This document shows positions 26,436 through 39,205 of a stretch of DNA of 64,000 bases, one piece after another. Made by a program: the position numbers and the translations under genes. Position 1 is the first letter of the stretch, and every line of letters begins with the position of its first letter. The notes under the pieces are model-generated. The model did no database searches, had not been told where the DNA came from, and worked only from the letters and a program-made list of their open reading frames with translations. The stretch lies in NCBI GenBank assembly GCA_951406725.2, contig OX597839.1, forward strand, positions 11,098,001-11,162,000. The letters are read 5' to 3'. Source of the DNA: Octopus vulgaris. Lineage: Eukaryota.

Positions 26436-27734
26436 ATGTGTGTGTGATGGTCTGTTAATGTTCGTCCCCCAGGTTGGCTTGGGTTGCATGGTTTAGCATG
26501 TTCCAAAGGGTGTGAGGACTGCATTATGCTCCAATGCCTGCTTTATATGTGGCATGATGTGATTAATCAGAGGCTGAATAAAATATTTCTTTAAGGACTG
26601 AGCATTCGATAATTGTATGAGGTTTTTGAAACCAGTTTGTGGGGTGGGGCAAGCCTACTGATTTTCTTTCAAGCTTACTGTTTTCTCCTCAAGGAGGAAA
26701 TATCTATTGACTCAGAACGGCTTCTACAATCATCTGCCACTCTGTACATAGATAAATAAATGAATAACTATCTAGGTGCAGGCATGTGTTCTAGGGCAGT
26801 ATACTACTATAACCCAGAGCTGACCAATGCCTTGTGTGTCAATATGGTAGATGGAAACCCAAAGGAGCCTGTCGTGGCTGCAGTCCACTGACTAGAGAAA
26901 GTAGAAGATAAATAATGGATGGTTATGTATCTAAGATTGCATTATCTCGTATGTCCTTCACTGCATAATGTAGGGAGATAATAGGTATCTGGCTGCTATT
27001 TCTACCAGGCTAACCAACATCATGGAGGCTCCCTCACTGATTCAGTCTATAATCTGGTGTTCTATACAAGACAGGATGTGTGTCTCATCTGCTGATTGAC
27101 CATAAAATTGGAACTATTCCGTGGCCATAAGAAGCACTTTGTGTCAACTGGATGGATGTTATTATTCTCTTCAATGGCATTATTTAGTGCTGCATTATTG
27201 AACATCATTTCTAGCAGAATGTCTAACAACTTCTCTAAGGATAAAACATGTCTTTTCAAAGCAGCAAGGCTATATCTTGTCACTGGTGTTTTATTCCAGT
27301 TCAATTACCGATCTACAGGCAACAGATGTTTTAGAGATATTACAAAACCACTGGAAGGATATGCAAATTAGAAATTCTATGCTGCAATTCTTTACAAAAG
27401 GGAAGGAAGGACAGAATTAAAAAAAAAAAAAGCAACAACAAAAATTAAAAAATGAAACTGGTTCTGCTCTCATCTCCTTAAACTTTCTCATTATGAGCTT
27501 AAATTTGCCTATGGAGAAAAATTCTATTTGTAATTGGAATACGTTAATGAGGGTATTTCTGTGGAAGTGGAGGTTGCTTGATATAGAAATAGCAACTAAA
27601 TTTCCCTCAGAACTGACCTTTCTAGTTAAAATAAAAATGTGTTGTGAAGGACGTTCAGTTCTACAAACCATTCCAAAGCAAACATTGGGGTTTGGTGCAA
27701 TCTTCTGGTTCACTGGCTCCCTTTGAACCATTAA

Positions 27735-27952
27735 CCCTTTTTAAAACAACCTGGCTGAAACCACCTCTGGCACTGTAGTACACATGTCTTGTTTTCATAA
27801 GTTTTGAATTAAAATCTTCCACCAAACCTTAGTCGCAATCTATGTTCTTAACACCAGCTTAATGATAACTAAGTTGTTTTCCTAAATTCTTTGTTATATT
27901 TAAAATTAATTGAAACACAGAGCACCTCAAAATAAATACAGTGACAAAAGGG
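27735..27952 (+). mobile_element. MITE family P1 inserted in an old family C copy
   Basis: TTAA 27731-27734 and 27953-27956; CCCTTT/AAAGGG termini; C-like sequence either side (about 27645-27730, 27957-28020). Confidence 0.85.
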
Positions 27953-28355
27953 TTAAACCCATGACAGTATGGAAAATGCATGTTGAATGGTGATGGTGGT
28001 AGTGGTGCTGATGATGATGATGATAGGCAAATTGAGCGAAATAATCTTATATACGTGATGATTGAATATAAACTAGAATGATTGTGGATAGAATGTTTTG
28101 GATGATAATCTCTTTAATCAGAGGTTAATTAGAATGAGGGTAGGGCTAAAGGGCTAATAACAACAACAGAAGTGGCTGCAGCAACACTAACAATATCTGT
28201 CCAAACATTTGGCTAAATATCACACAGCTGAAGCATTGAAATAAGCACCGATTGTGGCTTCATAATTAGTCTGAATTATTCATAATTAACTGTGAACATT
28301 AATTGTCCTTGGAAGTCCTGCCACCACTGTGCAGGTTAGATATAACTTTTCTGTA

Positions 28356-28392
<37 letters not shown>

Positions 28393-28394
<2 letters not shown>

Positions 28395-28562
28395 CCGGAG
28401 TAAACACATAAATGTGAAACAAGGTGGAAAAAAGAGTACTCAAATACCAGGGGTAGAGTAATATGCTTTATTTAAAAGCAGCAAAACAAAAACTGTCCGA
28501 CGAACGGGAACGTGAAACTCAGAGTAACAGGTTTTGTTGAATTTCTGCTGATTTTAAATAAA

Positions 28563-28564
<2 letters not shown>
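28393..28564 (+). mobile_element. Short fold-back element in microsatellite carrying a hammerhead-like motif (Penelope-like)
   Basis: Between (TG)n and (TA)n; imperfect inverted arms 28461-28496 and 28527-28568 around the motif. Confidence 0.65.
28493..28530 (+). ncRNA. Type-I hammerhead-like ribozyme motif (U4->C variant)
   Basis: CTGT-CCGACGA-ACG(GGAA)CGT-GAAAC-TC-A-GA-GTA-ACAG: all three stems pair, GUA triplet. Confidence 0.65.
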
Positions 28565-28616
<52 letters not shown>

Positions 28617-28749
28617 CAATAAGAAAATGGAGGAGATCAATAGGTGGTTCAACTTTTAGACATTACATTATGTCAATTTAGTTATTTATTTACTAAAATG
28701 ACAATTACAAGAATATACATACATGTATAACATTATGCTTTACATATAA

Positions 28750-28796
<47 letters not shown>

Positions 28797-28927
28797 GTAT
28801 ATATGTATATATATGTATATATATGTATATATATATATATATGTATATATGTATATATATGTATATATGTATATATGTGTATATATGTGTATATATGTGT
28901 ATATATGTGTATATATGTGTATATATG

Positions 28928-28958
<31 letters not shown>

Positions 28959-30344
28959 CAGATGAACAACTAAGGATCACATGGGAAAATCATACATGAG
29001 GGAGATATTCATCCCTCATCAGTTAGCAACCAAGACCATCACAGTTTCACACCATTATTGATGTGTGAGTGTGTGTGTGTATATATGTGCGCACATGTGT
29101 GTATGTGTCTTTATAAATACACACACTCACACACATCAGTTTCTGCTTGGTGAAAGTTTGAATTTGAATTAATAAACTTCTTAGATTTAAAACTTCCCCT
29201 CCCTCTGTTCCTACTCCTGTGTAATTCTTTTAACTCATGGGAGACTTAAATTGCAAATTGATGTTAATATCTGCTATCAGATGAATAATTTCACATTTTC
29301 ATCTTAGTTTAGATAGTCTCTGGGGGCAGAATGTTGGAGCCCCCTCTATATCCCTGCCTCCCTTTTTATCAGTCTTCTTCATAGTGGTGGTATTCCTTCT
29401 GACTCCCCTCATATCCTATCAAATAACACAAATACTAGAAGGAAATACTTATGCTGGGGATTTTTTTTTTTTTTAATGAGGCCTGTTTTTGATGAAAGAG
29501 AGCTAGTGGTACACACACACACACACACATATTTCTGTGTGTGTGTGTGTGTGCCAAGGAGGACAAAATTCTATGACCCTTCTCTTTCACCCTTGTCATT
29601 TTGTTGGGTAGCAGTGGGGTGGGTTGTAATTTTTAGTAAGCACTCCTGAGACAGAGCATATGCACGCACACAAAAACACTCTTAATGAACATGCTCCCCC
29701 AATATACAGGCATGAACATGCATACCAACACACACACACAGACACACTTTCCTTTTTTTTTTCACTTTTGAGAATGTCTTAGAAAATAATTTATATGCTT
29801 TTTGGTTTGTAAGAAATCTAACAAGAGTCAGAGATATTAAGGAATCCTAGATGCAAGACATGCTATTCTGATGCCAGACTGGGATGGGGTTGCAGGAAGC
29901 AGTGCTCATTGCTTTTGTTTACCTCAGTTGTTTTGTTTCTAACGAGCACTTAATTCTTGTAGTCTTTATTTTTCTTTACTTTGGGGTAGATTACCCTTTT
30001 TTCTTTCTTCTTTAATTGTTTTACAAGCTGAAATATTTGGCCTTAAGATGAATTAACTCCACTCAATCAAGAAAATCATGTCTTTTATTTTTTTTAATTT
30101 TCCTTCTCATCTTTTTAGTTTTGTCTGATTTTCTGAATTTTTTTCTTTGTCTTTTTAATTTTGTGTCTGAGATTTGCCTAAAAGTAATGGCCCCCACCTG
30201 GTAAAGCTTTCGTTTTTTTCCCCCCCTGAAAACACACAACAGTCTAGAGTAACCTGGCAAGAAAAGTTACATTGGAAGTCAGAGGAATGAAAGAAAATAA
30301 GAACAGCAGGGAATCCTCAATTAAATTACAACAACAGCAATAAT

Positions 30345-30675
30345 CTAGGCACAAGGCTGGCAATTTTGAATGGGATAGGGTGAGGTTAGTTGATACCATC
30401 ATGTCCAGTACTTGACTGGTACTTTATTTTATCACCCTCGAAAGAATAAAAGATGAAGGTAACTTCAACAGGATTTGAGCTCAGAGCGCAAAGAACGAGA
30501 AGAAATATTCAAGCCATTTTTTACCAATGCTACACGCTACAATTCTTATTTCTTTATTGCCCACAAGGGGCTAAACACAGAGGGGACAAACAAAGACAGA
30601 CAAATGGATTAAGTCGATTATATCGACCCCAGTGCGTAACTGGTACGAAAGGACGAAAGGCAAAGTCGACCTCGG
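30345..30675 (-). mobile_element. SINE B2 copy followed by truncated SINE B copy
   Basis: CTAGGCACAAGG tail at about 30346; TTTCTTTATTGCCCACAAGGGGCTAAACAC at about 30549. Confidence 0.8.
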
Positions 30676-31023
30676 CAACGCCAGGTCATAGTGCTAGTGC
30701 GTGCATATACAGTTGCGTGTGTGCGCACATACACGCGAGTACTGTCCAAATCTCCGACCGATCACATACAGCTAGCTGGCATTCAATTGGTGTATCAAGT
30801 TTCGGGCGTTTTGATTGGGTTTTGGATAGAAAAATTCACAAAAAAGTCACTTCTATTGATTTTTTAATGGCTTTGCGGGGTGACTGGGGAAATGTAAAGA
30901 TGTGCACGACCACCCTTGGACAGTTTTGAATGACCATAGAAAGTGCGAGCCCTCAAACTGAAAAATTGTGGATTTGTATAAAGGACACGCATGCAAACAT
31001 TTTGCCGTTTATATATATAGAGA
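30672..31023 (-). mobile_element. Non-autonomous Helitron-like element, 3' end damaged
   Basis: Minus strand starts A|TCTCTATATATATAAACGGC; other end carries GGCAACGCC hairpin and CTAG; CpG-rich; no TSD seen. Confidence 0.5.
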
Positions 31024-31504
31024 TTATTATTAAATTAGTGGCAGGCTACTCTTGAATTTTTGAAAGCCTCCCGCAACTTTCATGTAGTAGTCTTTTCTAA
31101 GCACTATTCTGGAGCCAAATATGCTTTTAGTAAAATTTGGGGCAGTTTGATTGGGACTCTGGTGCACTGAGAAAAAGTTTCTCACTTTGATTTTGAGTTG
31201 TCTCCCATGCTGTTGTTTGTTTTATTTAATTCTTGTTTGACAATGTTTACCTCTTCCCAAAACAGGTACAGAACCTTTATTAAATAAGGTTATCATGCTG
31301 GTTATATTAAGTGTGTTAGCACTTTACTTCATTTTGTAGATATTGGGTTATCATAACATTTCTTGGTGTGTCAAGTCTGGTCGGACTTTGCTTTGGGGAG
31401 AGGTACTGGTTATAAGTGAGTGTGTGTGTAATTTTCAGATTTCTCACGGAACTAAGTTTGTGACCTAATTTGCTTTCTAAAAGATGCTCTTCCATTACTA
31501 ATAG

Positions 31505-31820
31505 TCATCATCATCATCATCGTTTAACGTCCGTTCTCCATGCTAGCATGGGTTGGACGGTTCGACCGGGGATCTGAGAAGCCAGAAGGCTGCACCAGGC
31601 TCCAGTCTGATCTGGCAGTGTTTCTACAGCTGGATGCCCTTCCTAACGCCAACCACTCTGTGAGGTTACTGGCTGCTTTTTATGTGCCACCTGGCACAGG
31701 TGCCAGGCGAGGCTGGCAACGGCCACGATCGGTTTGGTGCATTTTACGTGCCACCGGCGTGGGAGCCAGTCAAGGCGGCGCTGGCATCGGCCACGATTCG
31801 GATGGTGCTTTTTACGTGCC
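31505..31820 (-). mobile_element. Family C retroposon with internal subrepeats
   Basis: (CAT)n tail; three TGC(T/A)TTTTA(C/T)GTGCC units near 31674, 31738, 31806. Confidence 0.88.
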
Positions 31821-32479
31821 TGAACATCACAACATCTGTCAACAATATAAAAATCAAGAATGCTTTTTTGCACCACAAGTCGATATGAGAGATCTGCTCA
31901 AGATGAATAACAATATTCTGTCTTCAAACACAGTTTCCACATTAAGTTAGGTATAAAGATTGCTTTTTTTTTGGTATCAATACTGCTCAATCACTATTAA
32001 TTATGGTTTTTATATTTCATTTAATTCAATCTCTCATATTACATTCAGTTCAGTTTTATATTCCAACAATGTTTTTAATCCCAACAAGTAAAGGTTATGT
32101 ACGTAATTAGGGTTATTTCATTTAAAATCATTTGTTAAGTTGTTTAAGATACTCTGTCTTTTAGTTTTAATTTTGAAGTATTTTAGATTTTTGAACTGGT
32201 AAATGGAGATGTTTCTGTGTTTCTTCTGTAGTAATTTTATAGCTCATTTCTTTTTTTTTTTTTATCTTTGTTTGGTATTCTTTTGCTAAAACCATTTTTC
32301 TTTTCTTTTTTTTTTTATAATTTATAAGTTTTGTATTCTGTTTAATTCTTTGTAACCTTTTCCATCCATGAAAAAGCCACAACATGTCTTATATAACCTT
32401 TTACATCTACAATGCTTGCTAAAAAGTTGCCTGATGATTTATGCTGACCATGTATATCATTATTTTGATTCTCTGTATA

Positions 32480-32540
<61 letters not shown>

Positions 32541-32557
32541 TCATCATAGCCGTCGTC

Positions 32558-32745
32558 GTCATCATCATCGTTTAACATCCACTTTCCATGCTAGCATGGG
32601 TTGGACGATTTTGACTGAAGGCTGGCGAGCCAGATGGCTGCACCAGGCTCCAATCTTGATCTGGCAGAGTTTCTACAGCTGGATGCCCTTTCTAACGCCA
32701 ACCACTCCGAGAGTATAGTGGGTGCTTTTTACGTGCCACCTGCCC
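32558..32745 (-). mobile_element. Family C retroposon, 5'-truncated
   Basis: Same tail and GCTGGATGCCCTT motif. Confidence 0.85.
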
Positions 32746-32766
32746 GGGGGCCTATATATATATATA

Positions 32767-32995
32767 GGCCTCACATTCAAAATGTGACTGCGTGTGTACC
32801 ATTGGCGATTTTTTTTTCCCTCCCCATCTTCCCTTCTTTGGATCTTTCCTTTTCCTATGTTTCTGACAAAGAGCTCCACTCGAAACGTTAAACCCTCCTT
32901 TTTTCGTTCTTTCCTGAGCGTCCAATTATACTATACTTGTTCCACGTCCTCGCGTTATTGTGTTTTCTCTTTGTGTTTTCATGTTTGGATTAACT
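32767..32995 (+). mobile_element. Pyrimidine-rich element in (TA)n with hammerhead-like motif
   Basis: (TA)n on both sides; similar layout to 38905-39060. Confidence 0.65.
32859..32893 (+). ncRNA. Minimal type-I hammerhead-like motif, degenerate
   Basis: GTTT-CTGACAA-A-GAG(CTCCA)CTC-GAAAC-GTT-AAAC; stem I GTTT/AAAC perfect; G8 position mutated to A. Confidence 0.6.
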
Positions 32996-33013
32996 ATATA
33001 TATATGTGATTAT

Positions 33014-33345
33014 AGGTGGTGTGGCTGTCTAGTAAGAAATTTGCTCCCCAACCACATGGTTTAAGGTTCAGTCTCACTATATGGCACCTTTAGCAAGTGT
33101 CTTTTGCTATAGTCTCAAGCTGATCACCAGTACTTAGTGAGTGGATTTGGTAGATGGAAAAAATGTGGGGAAGCCTGTCATATAAAAAGCACCCAGCAAA
33201 TTCTGTAAAGTGGTTGGTATTAGGAAGGGCATTCAACATTAGAAACCATGCCAAAACAGGCAGTTGGAGTCCAAACAGCTCTGCATGGAGCCAGCTCCTG
33301 TCAAACCACCCAACTCATGCCAACATAGAAAGTGGATGTTAAACG
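33014..33345 (+). mobile_element. SINE with family A head and family C tail
   Basis: A-type head to about 33180 then AAAAGCACCCA...GGAAGGGCATTC...CATGCCAACATAGAAAGTGGATGTTAAACGAT. Confidence 0.7.
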
Positions 33346-33581
33346 ATATATGTATAAGTACCAGGCTTTACAAAAAATTAATGAATACTGAGGTTGATTC
33401 GTTTGACTAAAAGAATTCAAGGTACTGCCCCAGCATGGCTGCAGTCTAATGACTGAAACAAGTAAAAGCTAAAAGACGATTAGTATTAGTCTAATTATGA
33501 GAGCTTGAGTCAGTGATAGATAAAACTAAGGTGTGTACCAACTCTACAGCCCTACTTGATTTAGCAGAGACACAGCTTAAA

Positions 33582-33800
33582 CCCTTTAGCTTTCAGATTA
33601 TTTTGTCAAATATAATACTTATTTATTCACATTGTTCTGAATTGATTATGCACTTATCTCGTATCTTTGAGATTTCAATGACGTTACTTTTTATTCTTAG
33701 AATGATGTTGTAGGATAGGTGTGAGAGGCTGGATGGGACAGTTTCTTTATAAAAATGGGAGAATATTTGGACCAGATATGGCTGGTTTCAATGCTAACGG
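33582..33800 (+). mobile_element. MITE family P2
   Basis: CCCTTTAGCTTTCAGATT ... AATGCTAACGG-ATAA. Confidence 0.75.
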
Positions 33801-34837
33801 ATAACAAGTCTTGGTAATATTGAAATCCCAAACCACAAGGTACAGATAAACCAATGATTGAATCACGATGTGAATCACTTTACCAACTAGAAATAGCAGC
33901 TAAATCTCCTCAAATTGCATTTTACTGCTTTTTAAAATGTGCACTTAACATAATCCTAGGTATATTGCTTGAAAAGTGGAATTAAAAAAAAAAATAGAGG
34001 CAGTTGAAGCTGAAGTACCTTTCAATTTGATCAGAGTGCAGTTTTATATATATCTTTTGATAATTAGGTAAGCATTGGTCTATAGATAAATAAATATTGA
34101 TGTATACACGTGTGCGTGTTTTGCCAGCCTGGATTTGCACTAATATCTTATCTATTTATGTACAATGATCAGGGAATATAATCAAAATAATCTGGATATC
34201 TCAAGTTGACCCGGCAATTACATGTCAGGGATATGGATATGTAAAAAGACACGCACACACACACACTCTCTCTCTCTCTTTCTCTTTCCTTCAGGACTTT
34301 TGCAGTGCCTCCTCTCCTTAATGCTATCCTTGGATACAGTTAAATTACAAGACTATAAATATTACCATATCATGTTTTCTCTGGAATCATTTTGGATTAT
34401 TGTTGTTTTGAATTAGATAGATGCTTCTTATTTGGGTCAAAGGCACTCCTGCAAGAAAATAAATAAGGTTTCAGGAGCATTAACCATGGTTTTGTTTCAG
34501 TTATCATATTGATTTTTATTTGTTTGTTTTACATTTTTTTTTGAGTGAAACAAGAAAGTCCTGTTCTTTGGTTCTTCAGTATTGGTTATGTTCTCTCTCT
34601 CTCTCTCCTTCCCCTTCTCCCTCTCCCTCCCCTATCTCCCCCTCTCTCCCCCTCTCATATGCTTGAGGAGTTGTAATTTCTACTAATCACACAATCTATC
34701 TTTAGATAAGTCCTAACCTCATGGCTTCTTTGTGTGTGTGTGTGTATACACACACATGCATACACAAACTAGTAAGATAGGAGTGTATGTGTGTATATAT
34801 GTAGATGTATGTATACACACACACACATGCTATCATG

Positions 34838-34891
<54 letters not shown>

Positions 34892-35492
34892 CACACTGTC
34901 TTTTATCTTACTCACTAGTTTGTGTGTGTGCATGTACGTTCAGTTATATTTTGGTCATATCCAAATTAACTGTCTCAGCTAGCTCTCCATGTTCATAACC
35001 CACCACATCCTACAAAACCTGCTCCTCCATCGCATATATTTTTATTTTATATGCAAAAATGGTTGTTGCATAGAAATTAGAATTATTGAATTTCTGCATG
35101 GACTTCAATTATATTGCATGTTTTCCAGTAAGAAGATATCATTTTTAGACAGAATCTCACCGCTTTTGCTGTTGTTAGTTTTGTTTAATATTTTCTTAGT
35201 GTTTTATCACCTTTGGGGCTTGGAAATTGATAGCAAAGTAGGTTTTTGTGTTGTTGTTTTCTTTTTGTTTCGTTCTGTTGTTTTCTTTTCTTTTGTTTTC
35301 TTTTTTTTTTTCACTTTTTCCAGAAATGTATTTTAGATTATCAAATCTTGCTACATAAGAATAGTTTCTATTGTTGCCTAATGTAAGCAGAGGTGGGTGT
35401 GGGGTATTATTTTACTCCGGTTCAGTATTGGTGTCTTTACTTTGTGCATAGAATATGACACATGGTAACAGAACACACAAAACTTCCTATTA

Positions 35493-35523
<31 letters not shown>

Positions 35524-35945
35524 TAAATTTAAAAAAAAAATGAAAACAAAACATCTTTGTCCTCCACTTACAGCAAAGAAGGCTTTCTAAGTATCAGGAT
35601 ATGAATTGAGGGTGTCTAGCTTTTGGCAGATCAAACCTGACCCCTTGCATATCAAAAAGTGCCTCAACCTGAAAAAGGAAAATGGCTCTAGACAATGTCA
35701 TGTGTTTTAACTCGCTATGCTTTCATACGAAATATGTCTTCTTTGGTGTCTGCTGTTGCTGTATGTAACTCCAAGGCAAGATCTTCAGCATATACTTTGA
35801 ACTTCTGTTAGGTATATGAATTTCAGTCTAAACGTATTCATGTTCTACTTTTCCATTGTCCAGCCTGTTACATATTTATATATATATGTAACCATGCTGA
35901 TCCTCTGCAAGAACTTGTTCTCCTTCACCCTCTCTTAGTTTAACC

Positions 35946-36219
35946 TAGTGGTTCTCAATCAGGGTCCATATGGCTCCTGAAGGTTCATGTAAGATTTGGG
36001 TGGGGTCCAAACAACATAATAGTAAATTAAGGATCCACAATAGAATTTTAAACTCACCACCACCACCAAAAAAAAAAAAAAAAAAATTGCATAGGTGTAG
36101 GAGTGGCTGTGTGGTAAGTAGCTTGGGCACCTTGGGCAAGTGTCTTCTACTATAGCCTCGGGCCAATCAAAGCCTCGTGAGTGGATTTGGTAGACGGAAA
36201 CTGAAAGAAGCCCGTCGTA

Positions 36220-36270
<51 letters not shown>

Positions 36271-36645
36271 ATGTCTGTGTTTGTCCCCCCAACATCGCTT
36301 GACAACCGATGCTGGTGTGTTTACGTCTCTGTAACTTAGCGGTTCGGCAAAAGAGACCGATAGGATAAGTACTAGGCTTACAAAGAATAAGTCCTGGGGT
36401 CGATTTGCTCGACTAAAGCCGGTGCTCCAGCATGGCCACAGTCAAGTGACTGAAGCGAGTAAAAGAGTATGAGTATGTATTGCAAGAAACAGCTAGATTT
36501 CTTTCTCTAGCATTTTACATAACTCAGCCTACACAAATTTATGTGTGGAAAACATTAATAAATAACATTCTATACAGCTAGTTTTTAAACATCGAAAGGC
36601 AATGAGGTGGGGGTCCACCAGAATGTAGTAATCAAAAGGGTCCAT
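35946..36645 (+). mobile_element. Possible hAT-type MITE relic interrupted by SINE A
   Basis: TAGTGGTTCTCAA start typical of hAT MITEs; repeated GGGGTCCA subterminal words at about 35961, 36002, 36611, 36638; right TIR not found. Confidence 0.4.
36094..36469 (+). mobile_element. SINE family A
   Basis: High similarity to 445-834 with deletion in head and expanded (TA)n. Confidence 0.9.
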
Positions 36646-37382
36646 ATATATATATGTGGAGAGGGGGGGGGTAGTACTAGATGGATATACAGAAAGGGCA
36701 ATAATGGTGGTGGATGATATGCATTCAGTTTATATAAGGTTTGGAGAGTAATGTTTCTAGATAAACATGTTATCCAGTTTAAACTGTAATGAGTCAGTAT
36801 CCTAAACTGGAATAGTGTAACAAGCTAAATAATACCCAACTTGTATTATTTATACAATAATAACAACAACAATAATAATAATAATAATTGTTGTTGTTGT
36901 TTTCCCCTCCTTCTCTATTGAAATAGTTGACAACTGTGCCATTAAGCCGCTGGGCCTTCAGCTGAGTAAAGTATATCATTGAGTTATATTGCATTTCTGT
37001 TACTAGAGCCACTGGGGGGCTGTGGTTAAAGCCCTTTATGGCCCAGTAAATAAACTGTACTTGTGTGTATTTTATAATTGAGTTACATCTTATTCTCGTT
37101 GGATAATACAGTCATTAGATATCTTTATTTTTGAATAAAAGATGAGATGGTCATATCTGAAACTAACCTTTTTTTTTTATCATTGTTCTGCTCCAGCGGG
37201 GTTGACCTAGGGGGTCAATAACAGCAGCAACTGTTTGAGTCACTAGTCTTATCTCACAAAACTGGTAATTCACATTCAGCTCCTCACTGTTGCTTTATCT
37301 TATGTGAATATTTCTTAATGATAGTGGAAATAATCTTTTTTTTTTTTTTTGCTTAAGCTCAGTGTACGCACGCTCTCTCTCT

Positions 37383-37413
<31 letters not shown>

Positions 37414-37436
37414 TTTGCTTGGGCATAACAATATGT

Positions 37437-37682
37437 GGAAGGTGCATGGCTTAGTGGTTAGGGTGTGGGACTTCTGATCGTAAGATTGTGGTTTTGATTC
37501 GTGGACTGGGTGATGCATTGCTTTCTTGAGCAAGACACCTTATTTCACGTTGCTCCTGTTCAGTCAGCTGGTAATGATGAGTAACTCTGTAACGGATTGG
37601 TGTCCTGTCCAGGGAAGCATATATATACCAGAGAAACCAGCCCTATGCTCATTATGAAGTAACATGAAGTGGTACATTATGC
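37437..37682 (+). mobile_element. tRNA-derived SINE related to family E head
   Basis: TGGCTTAGTGG A box, TTGAGCAAGACAC, CACGTTGCTCC. Confidence 0.7.
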
Positions 37683-37686
37683 CCCT

Positions 37687-38245
37687 TGTTTGTTTCGGTC
37701 ATTAGACTGCAGCTATGTTGGGCCACTGCCTTGGGTACTTATTTTTAAGCCTGGTACTTATTCTGTTGGTCTCTTTTGCCGAACTACTGGGATGTAAATG
37801 AACCAACACCGGTTGTCAAGTGTTGGTGGATAACAAACACAAAGACACACACACACACATGCAACTAGCTTCTTTAAGTTTCCGTCTTCTAAATCCATTC
37901 ACAAGGCTTTGGTCAGCCTGGGGCCATAGTTGAAGGGACACTTGCCTATGTTGTTGTGCTGTTGGACTGAACTGTAGATTGCATGGTTGAAAAGCAAGTT
38001 TCTTACCACACAACAATGCCTGTGCTTATATATTGGTTTCGAATTTTGGTATTAGGTCAGCAGGTTTGGGGATGTGGCTGGGTCAATTAAATCAACCCCA
38101 GTGTTCAACTTGTACTTATTTTACCGACCCGAAAAGGATGGAAGGCAAAACCAACCCTGGCAGAGTTTAAACCCAAACTGCAAGGATGGATGAAATGCCA
38201 CTAAACATTTTGCCCTGTGTGCTAATGATTCTGCCAGCTTTCTGC
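37687..38245 (-). mobile_element. SINE A followed by SINE B2, both diverged
   Basis: A at about 37687-38025; B2 at about 38030-38245. Confidence 0.7.
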
Positions 38246-38948
38246 CTTTCTGTGCCTCTATATTGATAAAATGTATTAAACCCTAGTGTTGGGTTGGACA
38301 TGATCAGCTAAACCCTTCAAGCAGTAGCCCCAACAGTCCAGTGACTAAAACAAGTAACAAAATAGAAGAATGTTAAGTTAATTTCAGAGACCAGCATAAT
38401 AATGAAGAAAGCTAATTATTTTACTAAACTTTTTAAATATTGTCAAATACTACTTGGTATTGGGATAGTAACCAGTTAATTACCATCATACATTCTGGTC
38501 CTCTTATCAGTGCTATGTCAGGCATGGTTGTGTTAATCTTGACTGTGTCTGCCTGATTCTATACAGTGGGATCATTGTATGTCATGGTTATCAGATTTTA
38601 AATGCGTCTGGGTTGAATTGGACTTGGTAGAGCATGTCTGTCTCTATGTGGCCCAACTACTCATGGTATCTTACAGTTTAACCCCAGTCAGTGCTGATGG
38701 AATGTATTCCCACCATGACAAGCTCATCTTGTGTGTGTGTGTGTGTGTGTGTTGCACTTTATGTTTGAGAGTCTGATGAAACTATAGGGTGTTACTCAGT
38801 TACTCAGCGATGAGTCCACCACATCTTATTGTGGAAACAGCTGTGAGCTAATGAAGTTCAGAAGACAATCCTTTATTCCTTTGCCATCTCTCGTAACTAT
38901 ATACTTGCTGTTGGCAATTTTTTTTTCTTCCCTCTTTGGACTTTTCCC

Positions 38949-38981
38949 TTTCTGATGAAGAGCTATGCTCGAAACATAAAA
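38949..38981 (+). ncRNA. Minimal type-I hammerhead-like motif
   Basis: TTT-CTGATGA-A-GAGC(TAT)GCTC-GAAAC-ATA-AAA; canonical CUGAUGA and GAAA, perfect 4-bp stem II, weak stem I, stem III mismatch. Confidence 0.65.
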
Positions 38982-39060
38982 AATTATCTCTTTTTACTGA
39001 GCATCAAACTAATGCATTCCTTGTTATTGTTAATTTTAATGTTCATTTATTTGAGTTGAC

Positions 39061-39123
<63 letters not shown>

Positions 39124-39205
39124 AATGTAGGATAACATTTTTTCGAAAAAAATTCTTTTAATGGCCAGCATATTAAAAACTACTTTTAAAGGTTAAATTA
39201 TAAAC

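Noticed and set aside
27062-27371. Overlapping 80-91 aa ORFs in unique sequence, possible exon
   Set aside because: No recognisable protein motif or convincing splice boundaries; BLASTX or RNA-seq needed
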